Below are positions 20,172 through 30,962 of a stretch of 64,000 nt of DNA, in pieces; position 1 is the stretch's first letter; every line of letters starts with the position of its first letter. Made by a program: the position numbers and the translations under genes. Under the pieces are notes generated by a model. That model had not been told where the DNA came from, did not search any database, and saw only the letters and a list, made by a program, of their open reading frames with translations. This DNA comes from an uncultured Verrucomicrobiae bacterium. Its GTDB lineage: Bacteria; Verrucomicrobiota; Verrucomicrobiia; Chthoniobacterales; Chthoniobacteraceae. Location: the NCBI GenBank assembly GCA_963828525.1, contig CAWHEP010000002.1, forward strand, positions 416,001-480,000, given 5' to 3'.

Positions 20172-20939
20172 TCATGGTATCTGCTTGGGTTCTGTGGGAT
20201 TGGTGCGAATATATTGCCTTAGATCTTCCGTTCGTTGCAGCCATCCGTCAAGAAAACGTGCGTTTTTCGGGTTCTTATCTACTAATCCTCGAAAACGTTC
20301 ATCTCTAAGGTCAAGAAATTTATTGGAATCACCCCCGCTTGCAAGCATTAAAGCGTTGCCGCCACCATTAACCTTAGCGTCGAAATAAACTTCCCCGAGA
20401 GGATACTTCATGCGAGATATTCCCGCCTTGTTCCACTCACTAAAATATATCGCAGTTGCCTTTTGTTTGTTCAAGCCAGTGATGTCTACGTTTGGATGAC
20501 TTGATTTATCAATGCCATATTTTGTAAGTTTTCCGCCGTCACCGCTGACGTCTTCCGTGATTACTTTTCCATGTTTGTTTAACGCAATCTCATGCGCGAA
20601 TACAAACTTGATGAATTTGTCAAAACGGGCGTCGCCCGTAGGGTAGTCGCCTTCGGTTGTCCAGTGAGCTTCTTGTTCCTTTGTCTCAGGTTTCTGTGGT
20701 GCGCGCTTTTTCTCTGTCGAATCCTTGGAATGCTGACCGATAACGACATTTTTTGCTCTTTCCGGCATCTCCCTTCGCGCCACATCTGCTTGCCCTTTTC
20801 CAGTCTGCAATCCTGCCGCACCGGCGCTGGTCCATTGGCCACCGCCCGGTTGGCCCGCAGGCAGGCGCGATTCATCCGGGTCATAGCCTTCGTTCGCCAG
20901 CGAATCGCTCGATGCTACTTCTTTTTCTTTTTTCTCCAT
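20172..20939 (-). CDS. GH108-family muramidase (lysozyme) with N-terminal extension
   Basis: AHE...DGGKLTKYGI, DITGLNKQKATAIY...W, YFDAKVNGG and C-terminal FLDGWLQR match GH108 plus a PG-binding tail; stop overlaps the LprI start (ATGA); AT-rich. Confidence 0.78.
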   Translation of the reverse strand: MEKKEKEVASSDSLANEGYDPDESRLPAGQPGGGQWTSAGAAGLQTGKGQADVARREMPERAKNVVIGQHSKDSTEKKRAPQKPETKEQEAHWTTEGDYPTGDARFDKFIKFVFAHEIALNKHGKVITEDVSGDGGKLTKYGIDKSSHPNVDITGLNKQKATAIYFSEWNKAGISRMKYPLGEVYFDAKVNGGGNALMLASGGDSNKFLDLRDERFRGLVDKNPKNARFLDGWLQRTEDLRQYIRTNPTEPKQIP

Positions 20940-21108
20940 ACAGATTCTTTCTCCCGACTATCGCGGATTTCTGGAAAAACCGTTAGTCTCCCATGGACTC
21001 TATGGACTCCATTACACTTTTCGTTTTGGTACTGGTCTATGGGATTATCTCGAATATATTCTTGAGTTTTAGCCGCTGGCGGCGGAAAGGTGCGTGCATT
21101 GCTCCCTA

Positions 21109-22644
21109 TTATACCCACAAGTTTCGGTCCAAGGTCCGGTATTGAATTGCCTCACTCACGTCCTCCGCCTCGATGGGCTCGCGGCCGGCCAGGTCGGCAA
21201 TGGTCCGCGCGACCTTCAGGATGCGGTCATAGGCGCGGGCGCTGAAATTCAGTTCTGAAATCGCCACCTTCAGTAACTCTGCCGAGCTTTCGTCGAGCTG
21301 GCAGCATTGCTTCATCTGCTTCGGCGTCATGCGCGCGTTGCACTTGGCGCCAGTGGAGCCGAAGCGCTCCTGCTGGATCGTGCGCGCGGCTTCTACGCGG
21401 GACCGGATCGAGGCTGAAGACTCGCCCGGCGCTTTTCCAGCCAGCTGTTCGTAGCGCACGGCCGGCACTTCGATATGCAAGTCAATCCGGTCCAGGAGCG
21501 GCCCGGAGATGCGCTGGCGGTATTTTTGCACGGCCGCGCTGCCGCAGCGGCATTCCCGGCGCGGGTCTCCGTAGAAGCCGCAGGGACAGGGATTCATCGC
21601 GCCTACCAGGACGAACTCAGAGGGGAACGTCATGCTGCCGGCGGCTCTCGAAATAGTGACTTTTGAGTCTTCGATCGGCTGGCGCAAGACTTCCAAAGTA
21701 GAGCGTTTGAACTCGGGAAGTTCATCAAGAAAGAGCACGCCGTGGTGCGCCAGGCTTACCTCGCCGGGCAGCGGATTGGCGGTGCCGCCGAGCAGGCCGG
21801 CATCTGAGATGGTGTGGTGCGGAGAACGAAATGGGCGGGTCGCAACGAAAGAGTGCTGGCCGTTGAGCAGTCCGCAAATGGAATGGATTTTGGTGATGTC
21901 GATCGCCTCTTCCAGGGTCATCGGCGGCATGATATTCGCGATACGCTTGGCCAGCATCGATTTGCCGGAGCCGGGCGGCCCGATCATAAGGAGGTTGTGC
22001 CCGCCGCTCACCGCCACCTCGATGGCCCGCTTGGCGGTCTGCTGTCCCTTTACATCGGCGAAGTCGAGCTCGTCATGCCGGTGGCGTTCGAGGAGCTCGA
22101 TGCGGTTTTCGCGCAGCGGCTGCAAAGGTTGTGACCCGGTGAGGAACTCATACGTCTCGCGCAGGTTGCGCACGCCGTACACGTCGATGCCCTCCACCAC
22201 GGAGGCTTCACGCGCATTGGCCTCCGGCACGATCAGTGACTTCTTGCCCGCGCGCTTCGCCGCGATGGCGATCGGCAGCGCTCCCTTAATGGGACGGACC
22301 GCGCCGTTCAAGGCCAGCTCGCCCACGATGCAATAATCGCCCATGGCGCGCAGTTCGATTTCCTGCGCGGCGGCCACCATGCCGAGAGCGATGGGGAGAT
22401 CGAAACTCGGACCTTCTTTTTTGACGTCGGCAGGAGCCAGGTTCACGGTGGTGCGGCCTTGCGGCCAAAAGTAGCCGCTGTTCGAGATGGCAGTGGTCAC
22501 CCGATCGCGGCTTTCCTTCACCGCGACATCCGGCAGGCCCACCACCACGACGAGGGTCTTGAAGGAATGCGCGGAGTCGACCTCGATCTCCACCTCGTAG
22601 GCATCGACGCCGATGACGGCCGCGGAAAAGACCTGTGCGAGCAT
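21109..22644 (-). CDS. comM: YifB/ComM Mg-chelatase-like AAA+ ATPase
   Basis: [91 protein letters not shown]. Confidence 0.95.
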   Translation of the reverse strand: MLAQVFSAAVIGVDAYEVEIEVDSAHSFKTLVVVVGLPDVAVKESRDRVTTAISNSGYFWPQGRTTVNLAPADVKKEGPSFDLPIALGMVAAAQEIELRAMGDYCIVGELALNGAVRPIKGALPIAIAAKRAGKKSLIVPEANAREASVVEGIDVYGVRNLRETYEFLTGSQPLQPLRENRIELLERHRHDELDFADVKGQQTAKRAIEVAVSGGHNLLMIGPPGSGKSMLAKRIANIMPPMTLEEAIDITKIHSICGLLNGQHSFVATRPFRSPHHTISDAGLLGGTANPLPGEVSLAHHGVLFLDELPEFKRSTLEVLRQPIEDSKVTISRAAGSMTFPSEFVLVGAMNPCPCGFYGDPRRECRCGSAAVQKYRQRISGPLLDRIDLHIEVPAVRYEQLAGKAPGESSASIRSRVEAARTIQQERFGSTGAKCNARMTPKQMKQCCQLDESSAELLKVAISELNFSARAYDRILKVARTIADLAGREPIEAEDVSEAIQYRTLDRNLWV

Positions 22645-22741
22645 TCAGCGAGAGCGTAGCGGAAACCGTGCGGCGCTAAAGCGCAATCGCGGTCATGCTT
22701 GTGATCTCCCGGCTGGGTTCATAGGCTTAGCTCCCTCCCTC

Positions 22742-24043
22742 ATGCCGTTACCTTTCCGATCCATGCTGTTCAAGGCAGCTTTGGCCTTGCTCCTGCAGGG
22801 GTTCTTTTTCTCCCGCTGCGTAAGCGCGGCGGAGGTCAGGGTTTCCATCCTGGAGAGCGGCGCGGTCGGAGATGGAAGCGCGCTTTGCACGAAGGCCATT
22901 CAAAAAGCAATCGAGCAGGCAGCCACGGCCGGAGGCGGAACGGTCGTCGTCCCCGAAGGCAGGTTTCTGACCGGGGCGATCTTCCTGAAGCCGGCGGTGA
23001 ACCTCTACCTCGAAAAAGGCGCGGTGCTGCTTGGTTCCACCAATATCGAGGACTACCCGAAGATGCCGACGCGCATCGAAGGCCACAGCCAGATCTGGCG
23101 GCCAGCCCTTTTGAATGCGTATCACGTGGATCACCTGCGCATCGGCGGCGAGGGGAGAATCCAGGGAGGAGGGAAGCCTTACTGGGAGGCGTTCTGGAGC
23201 CGGCGCAAGGCGGATGGGACGACCAAGAATCTCGATGTGGACCGCCCGCGGAATATTTTCATCCGGGATTCAAAGGATGTGAAGCTTGGCGGCATCTCAC
23301 TGCGCGATTCCGGGTTCTGGAATCTCCATCTATATAACTGCCAGCGAGTAGTGATCGAGGGACTGGACATCCAGGCGCCCGATCATTCGCCGAGCACGGA
23401 TGGCATCGATGTCGACAGTTGCCAGGATGTGGAAATCCGCGGCTGCCATATTTCGGTGGATGACGACAATGTTGCGTTGAAAGGAACGAAAGGGCCCCTG
23501 GCAATGCAGGATAAGGAGAGCCGGCCGGACGAGCGCGTCCACATTCACAATTGCACATTCGGGCTTGGGCTGGGCGTGCTCACGCTGGGCAGCGAGGCCA
23601 CCGTGGTTCGCGACGTGGAGATGGATCACTGCACGGTCAGCGGCACCGGCACCGGCGGGACCTGCGTGCTTCGGCTCAAGCTGCGGCCCGATACGGAACA
23701 GCACTACGAAAACATTCGCATCCACGATATCAAGGTGGACGGAGCCGGGGCCATTGTCCTGTGCGCTCCGTGGACCCAATACTTCGATCTGAAGGGAATG
23801 CCCCCTCCACTCGAAACGGTGAACGGGGTCTCGATGTCCAACATTACCGGGTCGTTCCGGATTTTCGCGAAGATCGCAGGCTCGCCGCGCAGCACCTTGC
23901 AAAACTTCACCTTCAAGGACATGGATCTGCGCCTAAGCCAGACCGGTTATATGATCAAAGGAGTGCAGAATCTCAGCGTGCACAACGTAAAGATCAACGG
24001 CGCGCTGCTCACGCCGCCAGGGATAATTGCACCCCCTAAGTAA
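22742..24043 (+). CDS. Glycoside hydrolase family 28 protein
   Basis: GAVGDG..CTKAIQKAI, FWNLH, PSTDGIDVD, DDDNVALK, LGSE, LRLK; start codon uncertain (22742 or 22763). Confidence 0.88.
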   Translation: MPLPFRSMLFKAALALLLQGFFFSRCVSAAEVRVSILESGAVGDGSALCTKAIQKAIEQAATAGGGTVVVPEGRFLTGAIFLKPAVNLYLEKGAVLLGSTNIEDYPKMPTRIEGHSQIWRPALLNAYHVDHLRIGGEGRIQGGGKPYWEAFWSRRKADGTTKNLDVDRPRNIFIRDSKDVKLGGISLRDSGFWNLHLYNCQRVVIEGLDIQAPDHSPSTDGIDVDSCQDVEIRGCHISVDDDNVALKGTKGPLAMQDKESRPDERVHIHNCTFGLGLGVLTLGSEATVVRDVEMDHCTVSGTGTGGTCVLRLKLRPDTEQHYENIRIHDIKVDGAGAIVLCAPWTQYFDLKGMPPPLETVNGVSMSNITGSFRIFAKIAGSPRSTLQNFTFKDMDLRLSQTGYMIKGVQNLSVHNVKINGALLTPPGIIAPPK

Positions 24044-24800
24044 GGAAGCGAAGCGGCGGGCCATCGAGCAAGGGCACGTCGTCTTTGAGGCGGACGCCGC
24101 TTAAGGCAAGCTGTGAGGATTGCGTGAGCAGATAGTGCAATTTACGGGCGGCTTCCGCCGGGGCGATGCCGCCGGGGCGGATGTTGGAAATGCAGTTTCG
24201 ATCCGCATCCGTTTTCCCGAGGCGAGGCCCGTAAGTGAAGTAGGCGCCCAGGCTATCCGCCGAGCCAAGCCCCGGGCGCTCCCCGAGCAACATGAGGCTG
24301 AGGCGCGCCCGGAGGATTTCGCCGATCTCATCCTGGAGGGCGACCCGCGCGTGGGTGGCCACCACGACTGGCGCCAGGGACCACCCGCTCCCGGCCAGAA
24401 GCGGGACGAGCGCGGAGAGAAGCGGCTCGCCTTGCGTCTGGGCGGCCAGCGTGGAAAGGCCGTCCGAGACGACGATGGCGATGTCGCAAGGCGGGGAGAA
24501 GGCGGCCCTATCGACCAATAGAGCGCGGGAGCCTGGGGAAAGCCGGCGGCCCAGGTCCGGCCGCTGGAGATATGCGGCGCGGTCCGCGGCAGCGCTGCTG
24601 AGCGAAAGAACCGGGAGACCCAGCGCGTGGCGAAGATTCGCCGCCAGGGCATCCGCATCGAAGGGCGCCAGCACAGCATCGCGGGCGCGGGCGTGCGCGA
24701 GGTGAAAGGCGAGCCGCTCGCGGGTGAGCAGGCTCCCGCCCGTCCGGCCAATCGCGATGCGGGCCGTCGTCAGGTTGCGCAGCGCATTCCAGGAATCCAT
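24036..24800 (-). CDS. eutC: Ethanolamine ammonia-lyase small subunit
   Basis: TTARIAIGRTG, HARARDAV, YLQRPDLGRRL, DGLS, RVALQDEIG, GERPGL, DADRNCISNI. Confidence 0.95.
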   Translation of the reverse strand: MDSWNALRNLTTARIAIGRTGGSLLTRERLAFHLAHARARDAVLAPFDADALAANLRHALGLPVLSLSSAAADRAAYLQRPDLGRRLSPGSRALLVDRAAFSPPCDIAIVVSDGLSTLAAQTQGEPLLSALVPLLAGSGWSLAPVVVATHARVALQDEIGEILRARLSLMLLGERPGLGSADSLGAYFTYGPRLGKTDADRNCISNIRPGGIAPAEAARKLHYLLTQSSQLALSGVRLKDDVPLLDGPPLRFLT

Positions 24801-24801
24801 T

Positions 24802-26200
24802 TCAAGCGCCGGCGGCCAGCGAGTGCAGGTGCGGCGCCAGGAGCGCGTGCCCGGCGCCGGCAGTTTGCAGGCGATTGCCCCCGCTCATCAGTTTCATTTC
24901 CTCGAGCCAAGCCTCGAATTCCGGGGCCGGCCGCAACCCGAGCGCCTGGCGCAGGTAGTGGCTGTCGTGGAAGCTCGTGGACTGGTAGTTCAGCATAATG
25001 TCGTCGGCCCCCGGCACTCCCATGATGAAATTGCACCCGGCCACCCCCAGCAGGGTCAGAAGCGTATCCATGTCGTCTTGATCAGCCTCGGCGTGATTCG
25101 TGTAACAAACGTCGCAGCCCATGGGCAGGCCGAGCAGCTTGCCGCAAAAATGGTCCTCCAGACCCGCGCGGATGATCTGCTTGCCGTCGTAGAGATATTC
25201 CGGGCCAATGAAGCCGACGACGGTATTGACCAGCAGGGGCTGGAACTCGCGCGCGACCGCGTAGGCGCGCGCCTCCGCCGTCTGCTGGTCGATGCCATGG
25301 TGCGCCCCGGCGGAGAGGCATGAGCCCTGGCCAGTCTCGAAATACATCACGTTTTCTCCCACCGTGCCGCGATGCAAAGAGAGCGCCGCTTCCCGGCCCT
25401 CGCGGAGCAAGGCGAGGTCGATGCCGAAGCTGCGGTTCGCGGCCTCCGTGCCGGCAATGGACTGAAAAACCAGGTCGACCGGGTCGCCCGTCTCGATGCA
25501 GCGCAACGTGGTGGTGACGTGGGCCAGGACGCAGGACTGGGTGGGAATCTCATACTCGGCAATAATGCGGTCCAGCAGCCGGAGGAGCGCGCCCGTGGCG
25601 GCGGGGCTGTCCGTCGCGGGGTTGATACCGATCACCGCGTCGCCGCAGCCGTACATGAGCCCGTCGATGATCGAGGCGGTAATGCCGCGGATATCGTCGG
25701 TAGGATGGTTGGGCTGCAAGCGGACAGACAGCTTTCCGGGCAGCCCGAGGGTATTGCGCAAGCGGGTGATGACGCGGATTTTCCCAGCCACCAAGATTAA
25801 ATCCTGGTTTCCCATCAACTTGCTGACCGCCGCCGCCATCTCCGGAGTAATGCCGGGCGCAACCGCGGCCAGCGCGGCCGAATCCGTCTCGTAGCGCAAC
25901 AGCCAGTCGCGGAACTCGCCGACGGTGAAGTTGGAAATGGGGGCGAACGCTGCCGCGTCGTGGTGATCCACAATCAGCCGCGTGACCTCGTCCTCCTCAT
26001 AGGGGACGAGCACCTCTTCGAGAAACTGCGCGAGCGGCACCTCCGCCAGGCGGAGTTGCGCAGCCACCCGCTCCTCCGCATTTGCCGCCAGCCGTCCCCG
26101 CGAGTTGGTCTCCGGAGCGAAGCGGACTGGCGCGAGCCAGGAGCGTCTTGAGATCGGGAAACTCGTGGTGCCTGCCGCCGAGCGTAAGCCGGTAGACCAC
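24802..26200 (-). CDS. eutB: Ethanolamine ammonia-lyase large subunit; frameshift near 26080
   Basis: LLARASPLRSGDQLAG in the N-terminal frame; RLQPNHPTDD, GDAVIGINP, YFETGQG, VVGFIGPEY, CYTNHAEADQ, MLNYQSTS. Confidence 0.93.
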
Positions 26201-26205
26201 CGGAT

Positions 26206-27732
26206 TTAGGCCGGTTCGATCCCGAAATCGGGTGCAGGCGCCACCGCTACCCCGCCGGTCGAGAGCACCGGCGGCCCGGCGAAGGCTTTCCGGATGCCGG
26301 CGAACCAGCCCACGAACAGCAGCACGACGATCCCGCCCAAGGCCATCAGCGCCGGATCATTCGGGGGTTGAATGCCGGCGTAAATAATCAACAGCACGCC
26401 CAGCACGGAAATCACGCTGACCAGGCGGTAAATCACCGGACCGAGATCGAACGGCCCCATTTTCGTCCAGGTTTTGCCATAGGCGAAAAAGCCTACGATG
26501 GCCGGCATGACATACGACATATAAAGGAAAATCACGCACGCCGCGGTCAAGGTCGTGTAGGCTTTCGCATAGGCGGTCGAGGCAATCACCATCGCGGCAG
26601 TGCACCAAATGGCCGGAGCGGGAACGGTGTGCCGGGCCGAGACCTTGCGCAGCACGGAGGGGAGCCCGCCATCCCGCGCGAAGGCGTACATCATGCGCGA
26701 GGTGGACGTCACGCAGGCGAGGCCGCAAAGGTAGTTCGAAATTACGATCCCGATTTCCAGCGGGATTTTCAGGCCGTTCGGAATGACCTGGTCCATGAGC
26801 CAGAAGAAGACATTCGAGCCCTGCTTGGCGCCATCCGCGATATTCGGCAGCGCGATCACAAAAGAGATCACCATGACCCAGCCGAAGATTCCGGAAAGGT
26901 AGACCGAGCGCAGAATGCCCTTGGGCACGTTGATGGCGGCGTTAACCGTTTCCTCCGAAGTATGGGCGGAAGCGTCGAATCCGGTAATGGTATAGATCGG
27001 CCAGAGCATGGCGAGCAGCAGCACAAAAGCGGGGTTGGGACTGGCTGGCCAGGTACCGCCGCCGGGATCGCCGGTCACATTGGAAAACTGGAAAAGGCGC
27101 GAGAAATCATGCGTGTGGGCAAACGCGAACATGGCCACGATCAGGAGCACCGAGACAAAAAAGATAAGGTAGCCGCTCAGATCGGTTAGCAGGGTGGTGA
27201 CCTTGATGCCGAGGTGATTGAAGAGCGCCTGTGAACCGGTGATGAGCGGCAACGCCGATAAGTTGGTGGACCAGAGTGAGCTTGGATGGATCAACGCCGA
27301 ACAGCGGCAAGACGATGCTCGTGAAAAGCGAGTAAGCGCCGACGTTTACCGCCGCGGTGACGAAGATGAGGCCCGAGCAGATTGAACCATGCGGTGGCCC
27401 AGCCCCAGCCTTTGCCGCCCAGGATGGAGCTCCAGTGGTAGAGACCGCCCGCCGTTGGGATACGCGGAGGCAATCTGCGCCATGGCCAAGGCCACCAACA
27501 GGCTGAAAACGACCCCACCGGCCAGACAATGCCGGCGGCCGCTCCGCCGACCGCGCAGACGCCGAGCTGCAGCGAGGTGATGCCGCCCGCCAGAATGCAA
27601 ATGATGGAGAACGAGATGGCGAAGTTTGAAAAACCGCTCATCCGCCGTTCAAGTTCCTGCGCAGTAGCCGAGGCTTTTGAGCAACGCCACGTCAGAAGAG
27701 ATGTCACTGCTTTCCGAATCCGTTGTTTTCAT
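26206..27732 (-). CDS. APC-family amino acid/amine permease (candidate ethanolamine transporter); frameshifted
   Basis: GYAQELERRMSGFSNFAISFSIICIL, PTAGGLYHWS, YTITGFDASAHTSEET and SRMMYAFARDGGLP across three frames. Confidence 0.85.
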
Positions 27733-28070
27733 AATTTAGTGCCCAACGGGAATTTCGGCCTAGCATGTTCCGTGCACTCCTTTCCGAAGAGAAAGGCGGA
27801 TGTGTTCTCAAGTGCTCATCCTTTCAGGACACTTACCGCCGGAAATTAGGCGACGTTGGACTTTATCCGTGCCGCTAGACCGTTCAAAAAAAGTCAAGGT
27901 GGGTAAATCGGGGCATCGCGTTATGACATATGGCAGCGATTTCAGTATCGACGAGAAGCGTGAGGTCGAAGTACTTCGATCCGACCCCGCCGACATTCGC
28001 CTGCGAGGAATAAAGACGAAGGTTCTGGCCGATCTCGTAGCGGTCGTGCGTTAAGGGATCGATGGGCCAG

Positions 28071-28954
28071 TTATACCAGTAGCAGGCGCTGCGGAAAGTG
28101 GTAGTCGCGCGGCTGCCATTCCTCCTCGTCCAGCGCCGGGCAGGTCGTGATCCACGACTGTCCCGTCAGAATCCCGGCCGATGGCCACGATATGCATTGA
28201 GGTAGGTGTTGAAGTGAACGACTGCGCTGTCCGTGCCGCTCGAAGACCGGGGCTTCGACGCCGCCCAAGCCGCGCTCCGTCCAGGTCCGCCGCTCCATTT
28301 TACCCAGGAACCGGGCGCCATGCTCGGGCTGACCGGAGCGAGCACGTTCATCTCCTGCGCGATGCGTTCGCCGCTGCGGGCATCGACCCATGCTGTCATA
28401 TAATACAGGTAGAAAAAGCCATGCGGCCGGTCGACGAAGAGATAAGTATCCCCGCAGCCGAAATCGACCAACCCTGCGCGGGGGCTGCCGGCGCGCGTCG
28501 GGTTGGTGGTAACAATGTCGCCTTCGTAGTGCCAATGCGCTCCTTGGTCGGACGAGGTGGCAAGCCCAATGCGGCGCCGCCAGAGAAAAGCCTTTCGCGG
28601 AACGTGGTAATGATACTCGATATGGATGATCGCGCAGTATTTCCCCGAGGCATCTTTCCACATGCCTTGCGTCCAATATGCGTCATCCCCGTTCGGCTGG
28701 TTAAAGGAGGCATCGCGCAGCGCTTCGGGCAGCGCGTGCAGATGGTCGAGATCGGGCCCGGCAAACCGCCGCCAATGGGGCCAAAGAGAAGTTTGCACGC
28801 GCAGGGTCGTGCCATCCTGCACCACGCCGGCATCGGCGTCTTCGTTATTGAATTGCGGGGCGGGTACGTCGGGTCCGGCCGTCCAGGAAGCCGCCCGCCC
28901 TGCGCCGCGGCGCCAGAACAGGCGGCGGCGACGCAGCAAGCAGAAGCGGCGCAC
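28071..28954 (-). CDS. Secreted beta-propeller protein with Asp-box (sialidase/glycosidase-like); frameshifted
   Basis: Signal-like N-terminus; IGLATSSDQGAHW Asp-box; GCGD..FYLYY; ends approximate. Confidence 0.5.
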
Positions 28955-28960
28955 CGATTT

Positions 28961-29906
28961 CTAAGTGGGCCGGGCCGCCTTGTGCCCGGTAAGTGCGCGA
29001 AGATGGAAGCGGCGGTGCGCCAGAGCCAGAAGAGTACTTCGTATTTCCAGCGGACGAGCCGCGAGCCCTTCGGGTTGAAATGCTTGAGGTAGAATTGCTT
29101 CGTCCCGGTGAAAAGCGCCTTGGACATCACCTTGTAGTTCTTGCTGGAGCTGCAGCCTTTCAGATGGATGACGGAGTGGCGCCCGTCGTAAACGATCTTA
29201 AATCCCTGCTGGCTGCAGCGCAGGCAGAGATCGAGATCGTCGCCATACATGAAGAATTGCATCGTCGAAGGCGCCGATGCGAGGTGAAAACCGAGCCGCC
29301 GCATCATCATGAATGCGCCGTTGACTGCGCCCACCGGATAAGTTTCGTCTTCTGGCAAATAAGTCAGGTTATAACCGGCGAACCATTTTGACGTGGAAAG
29401 AGGCGGTAGAGGCCGAGGCCGCGCGTCACCCCGTCCCACACGGTGGGCACCGAGCGGCGGCAGGCCAGATCCATCTCCCCATTCGCCAGCACCAGCTTCG
29501 GCGAGATGATGCCGATCTCGGTTCGTCCCGCACCCGGGCCAGGCAATGTTCCAGCGCGGCGCGGTTCAACTGCGTATCCGGATTCAGGAACAACAAATAC
29601 TCTCCCCGTGCTGCGGGCGAAGCCGATATTATTCGCCGACGCCGAAGCCGCGATTCCGCCCGCCGAAAGAGCGGTCGACCTGCGGGAAATTGCCCGTTCA
29701 CGAATTCAAGCGTGCCATCGGACGGAGGTATTATCCACGAGGATGACTTCCACCGGGCTGCCCGAATAAGTCGGCCGGCAAGCGAATCCAAGGCACCCGC
29801 CGATCTCCTGCCGCGAGTTATAAGTCACGATAATGATGGAAAGGATGCCGGGTGCGGCTTTCTCCTGCGGGAGCAAGGCGTCTGCGGGTGCTAGTTGCTC
29901 AGGCAT
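28961..29906 (-). CDS. Glycosyltransferase family 2 (rhamnosyltransferase-like); frameshifted
   Basis: LSIIIVTYNS, EVILVDN, YLLFLNPDT, VNGAFMM and FFMYGDDLDLC in successive frames. Confidence 0.8.
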
Positions 29907-30962
29907 TCGTAAACCTCCCGCGTTTCGCGAAGCACCGCCTCGCGCGAGAATGCGTGCAAGAAATCCATTGCGATCCGGCGCGGGCGCGGCAAGCACAGCG
30001 CAATGCCGGCCGGATCGAGTCAACGGAGAACGGGTCGCAGAAGACGGCGTGGCCTTCGTAAAACTCGCTGCGTGTAGGGCGTATCGCTAATGCAGACCTG
30101 CGCGCCGCAGGCGATCGCCTCCAGCGCGGAAAATCCGCACGTTTCAAAATAGCTGGCCAGGATGGCGGCCTTCGCGCGTGCCGGTAGGCGGCGGCCAATT
30201 CCTCCGGGGGAGACGAAGCCGCGATATTCCACCCAGCCCGGTTCCAGTTCCCGTCGTACCGCCCGCTCATAGCCGGGATGCGCCCCGCTCATGCTGCCAA
30301 AGAGGAGCAGCCGAGTGGCCCGTTTTCCCCAGCGCTTTGAAGGCTTGGATGATGGCAGAGCTGGTTTTTGCGCGGTTCGATGCGGCCCGGCACAGAGGAG
30401 TCCTGCCGCGCGGAGGGAGTGTCCGAGCTCCGGCGCGGAATCGAAGAGCGGATGCATCACGCGCGCGGCGCGGGGCTCGACTCCGAGCTCCTGGCGCATG
30501 GTCTCGAGCTCCGCTTGGGAATTGGGCGCCACCATGGCGACCCCGCCGATGACCTCCCGCTGCAAGGCGCGATAGCGCAGCGTGGCATCCGGGAAGACAG
30601 GCTGCCGCGAGCGCCGCGCGTAGTAGAGTTCCTTGGCCGCCATGTATTTCCACACCGGGAAGAGCGGCACCTTGTAAAGCCGCGAATAGAAGCGCGCCAT
30701 TTCCTGCATCGAGTGCCAGATTGGCGTCAGCACCACCGGCACGCCGCGCCGTTTCGCCTCGCGATATTGCAGGCAGGTTTCGTGGATGCGCGTCGTATTG
30801 AAAAGATGAACGGCATCATGCCCGGCGGCATGGGAGCGAGCCCCGGAGAGACGACGCATGGAAGCCAAGCTCTTCCAGCGTCTCCCGCGTCCGCAGGAGC
30901 TGCACGTAATCGCCGCCCGGGTATTGCTTCACGTCGGCGCGGATGCGGAGGAGCACTTTCAT
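29899..30962 (-). CDS. Glycosyltransferase family 4; frameshifted
   Basis: YPGGDYVQ, VHLFN, PNSQAE, SYFETCGFSALEAIACG. Confidence 0.8.

Larger units (their letters stand above)
18611..20175 (-). pseudogene. LprI/DUF1311-type lysozyme inhibitor (signal peptide), interrupted by an IS5-family element
   Basis: Removing the IS and one TTAG copy restores a 113-aa ORF: MKRHFFLAFFLIISPLHAQTQGEMNIAANVDFEKSDKKLNNIYKKIAATLDSAGKKKLVASERAWLAYRNNQAEFEADYVARDGSMAPLIYNEARVRITDARIKELKDSVSVK. Confidence 0.85.

Noticed and set aside
19963..20244. 93-aa ORF running into the IS right end
   Set aside because: It is a chimera of the LprI-like N-terminus with IS sequence, not an independent gene
20993..21009. ATGGACTC tandem repeat upstream of GH108
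   Set aside because: Only two 8-bp copies, which could be chance
27800..28054. Small plus-strand ORF between the eut permease and the EPS cluster
   Set aside because: No recognisable motif or RBS; may be intergenic regulatory DNA
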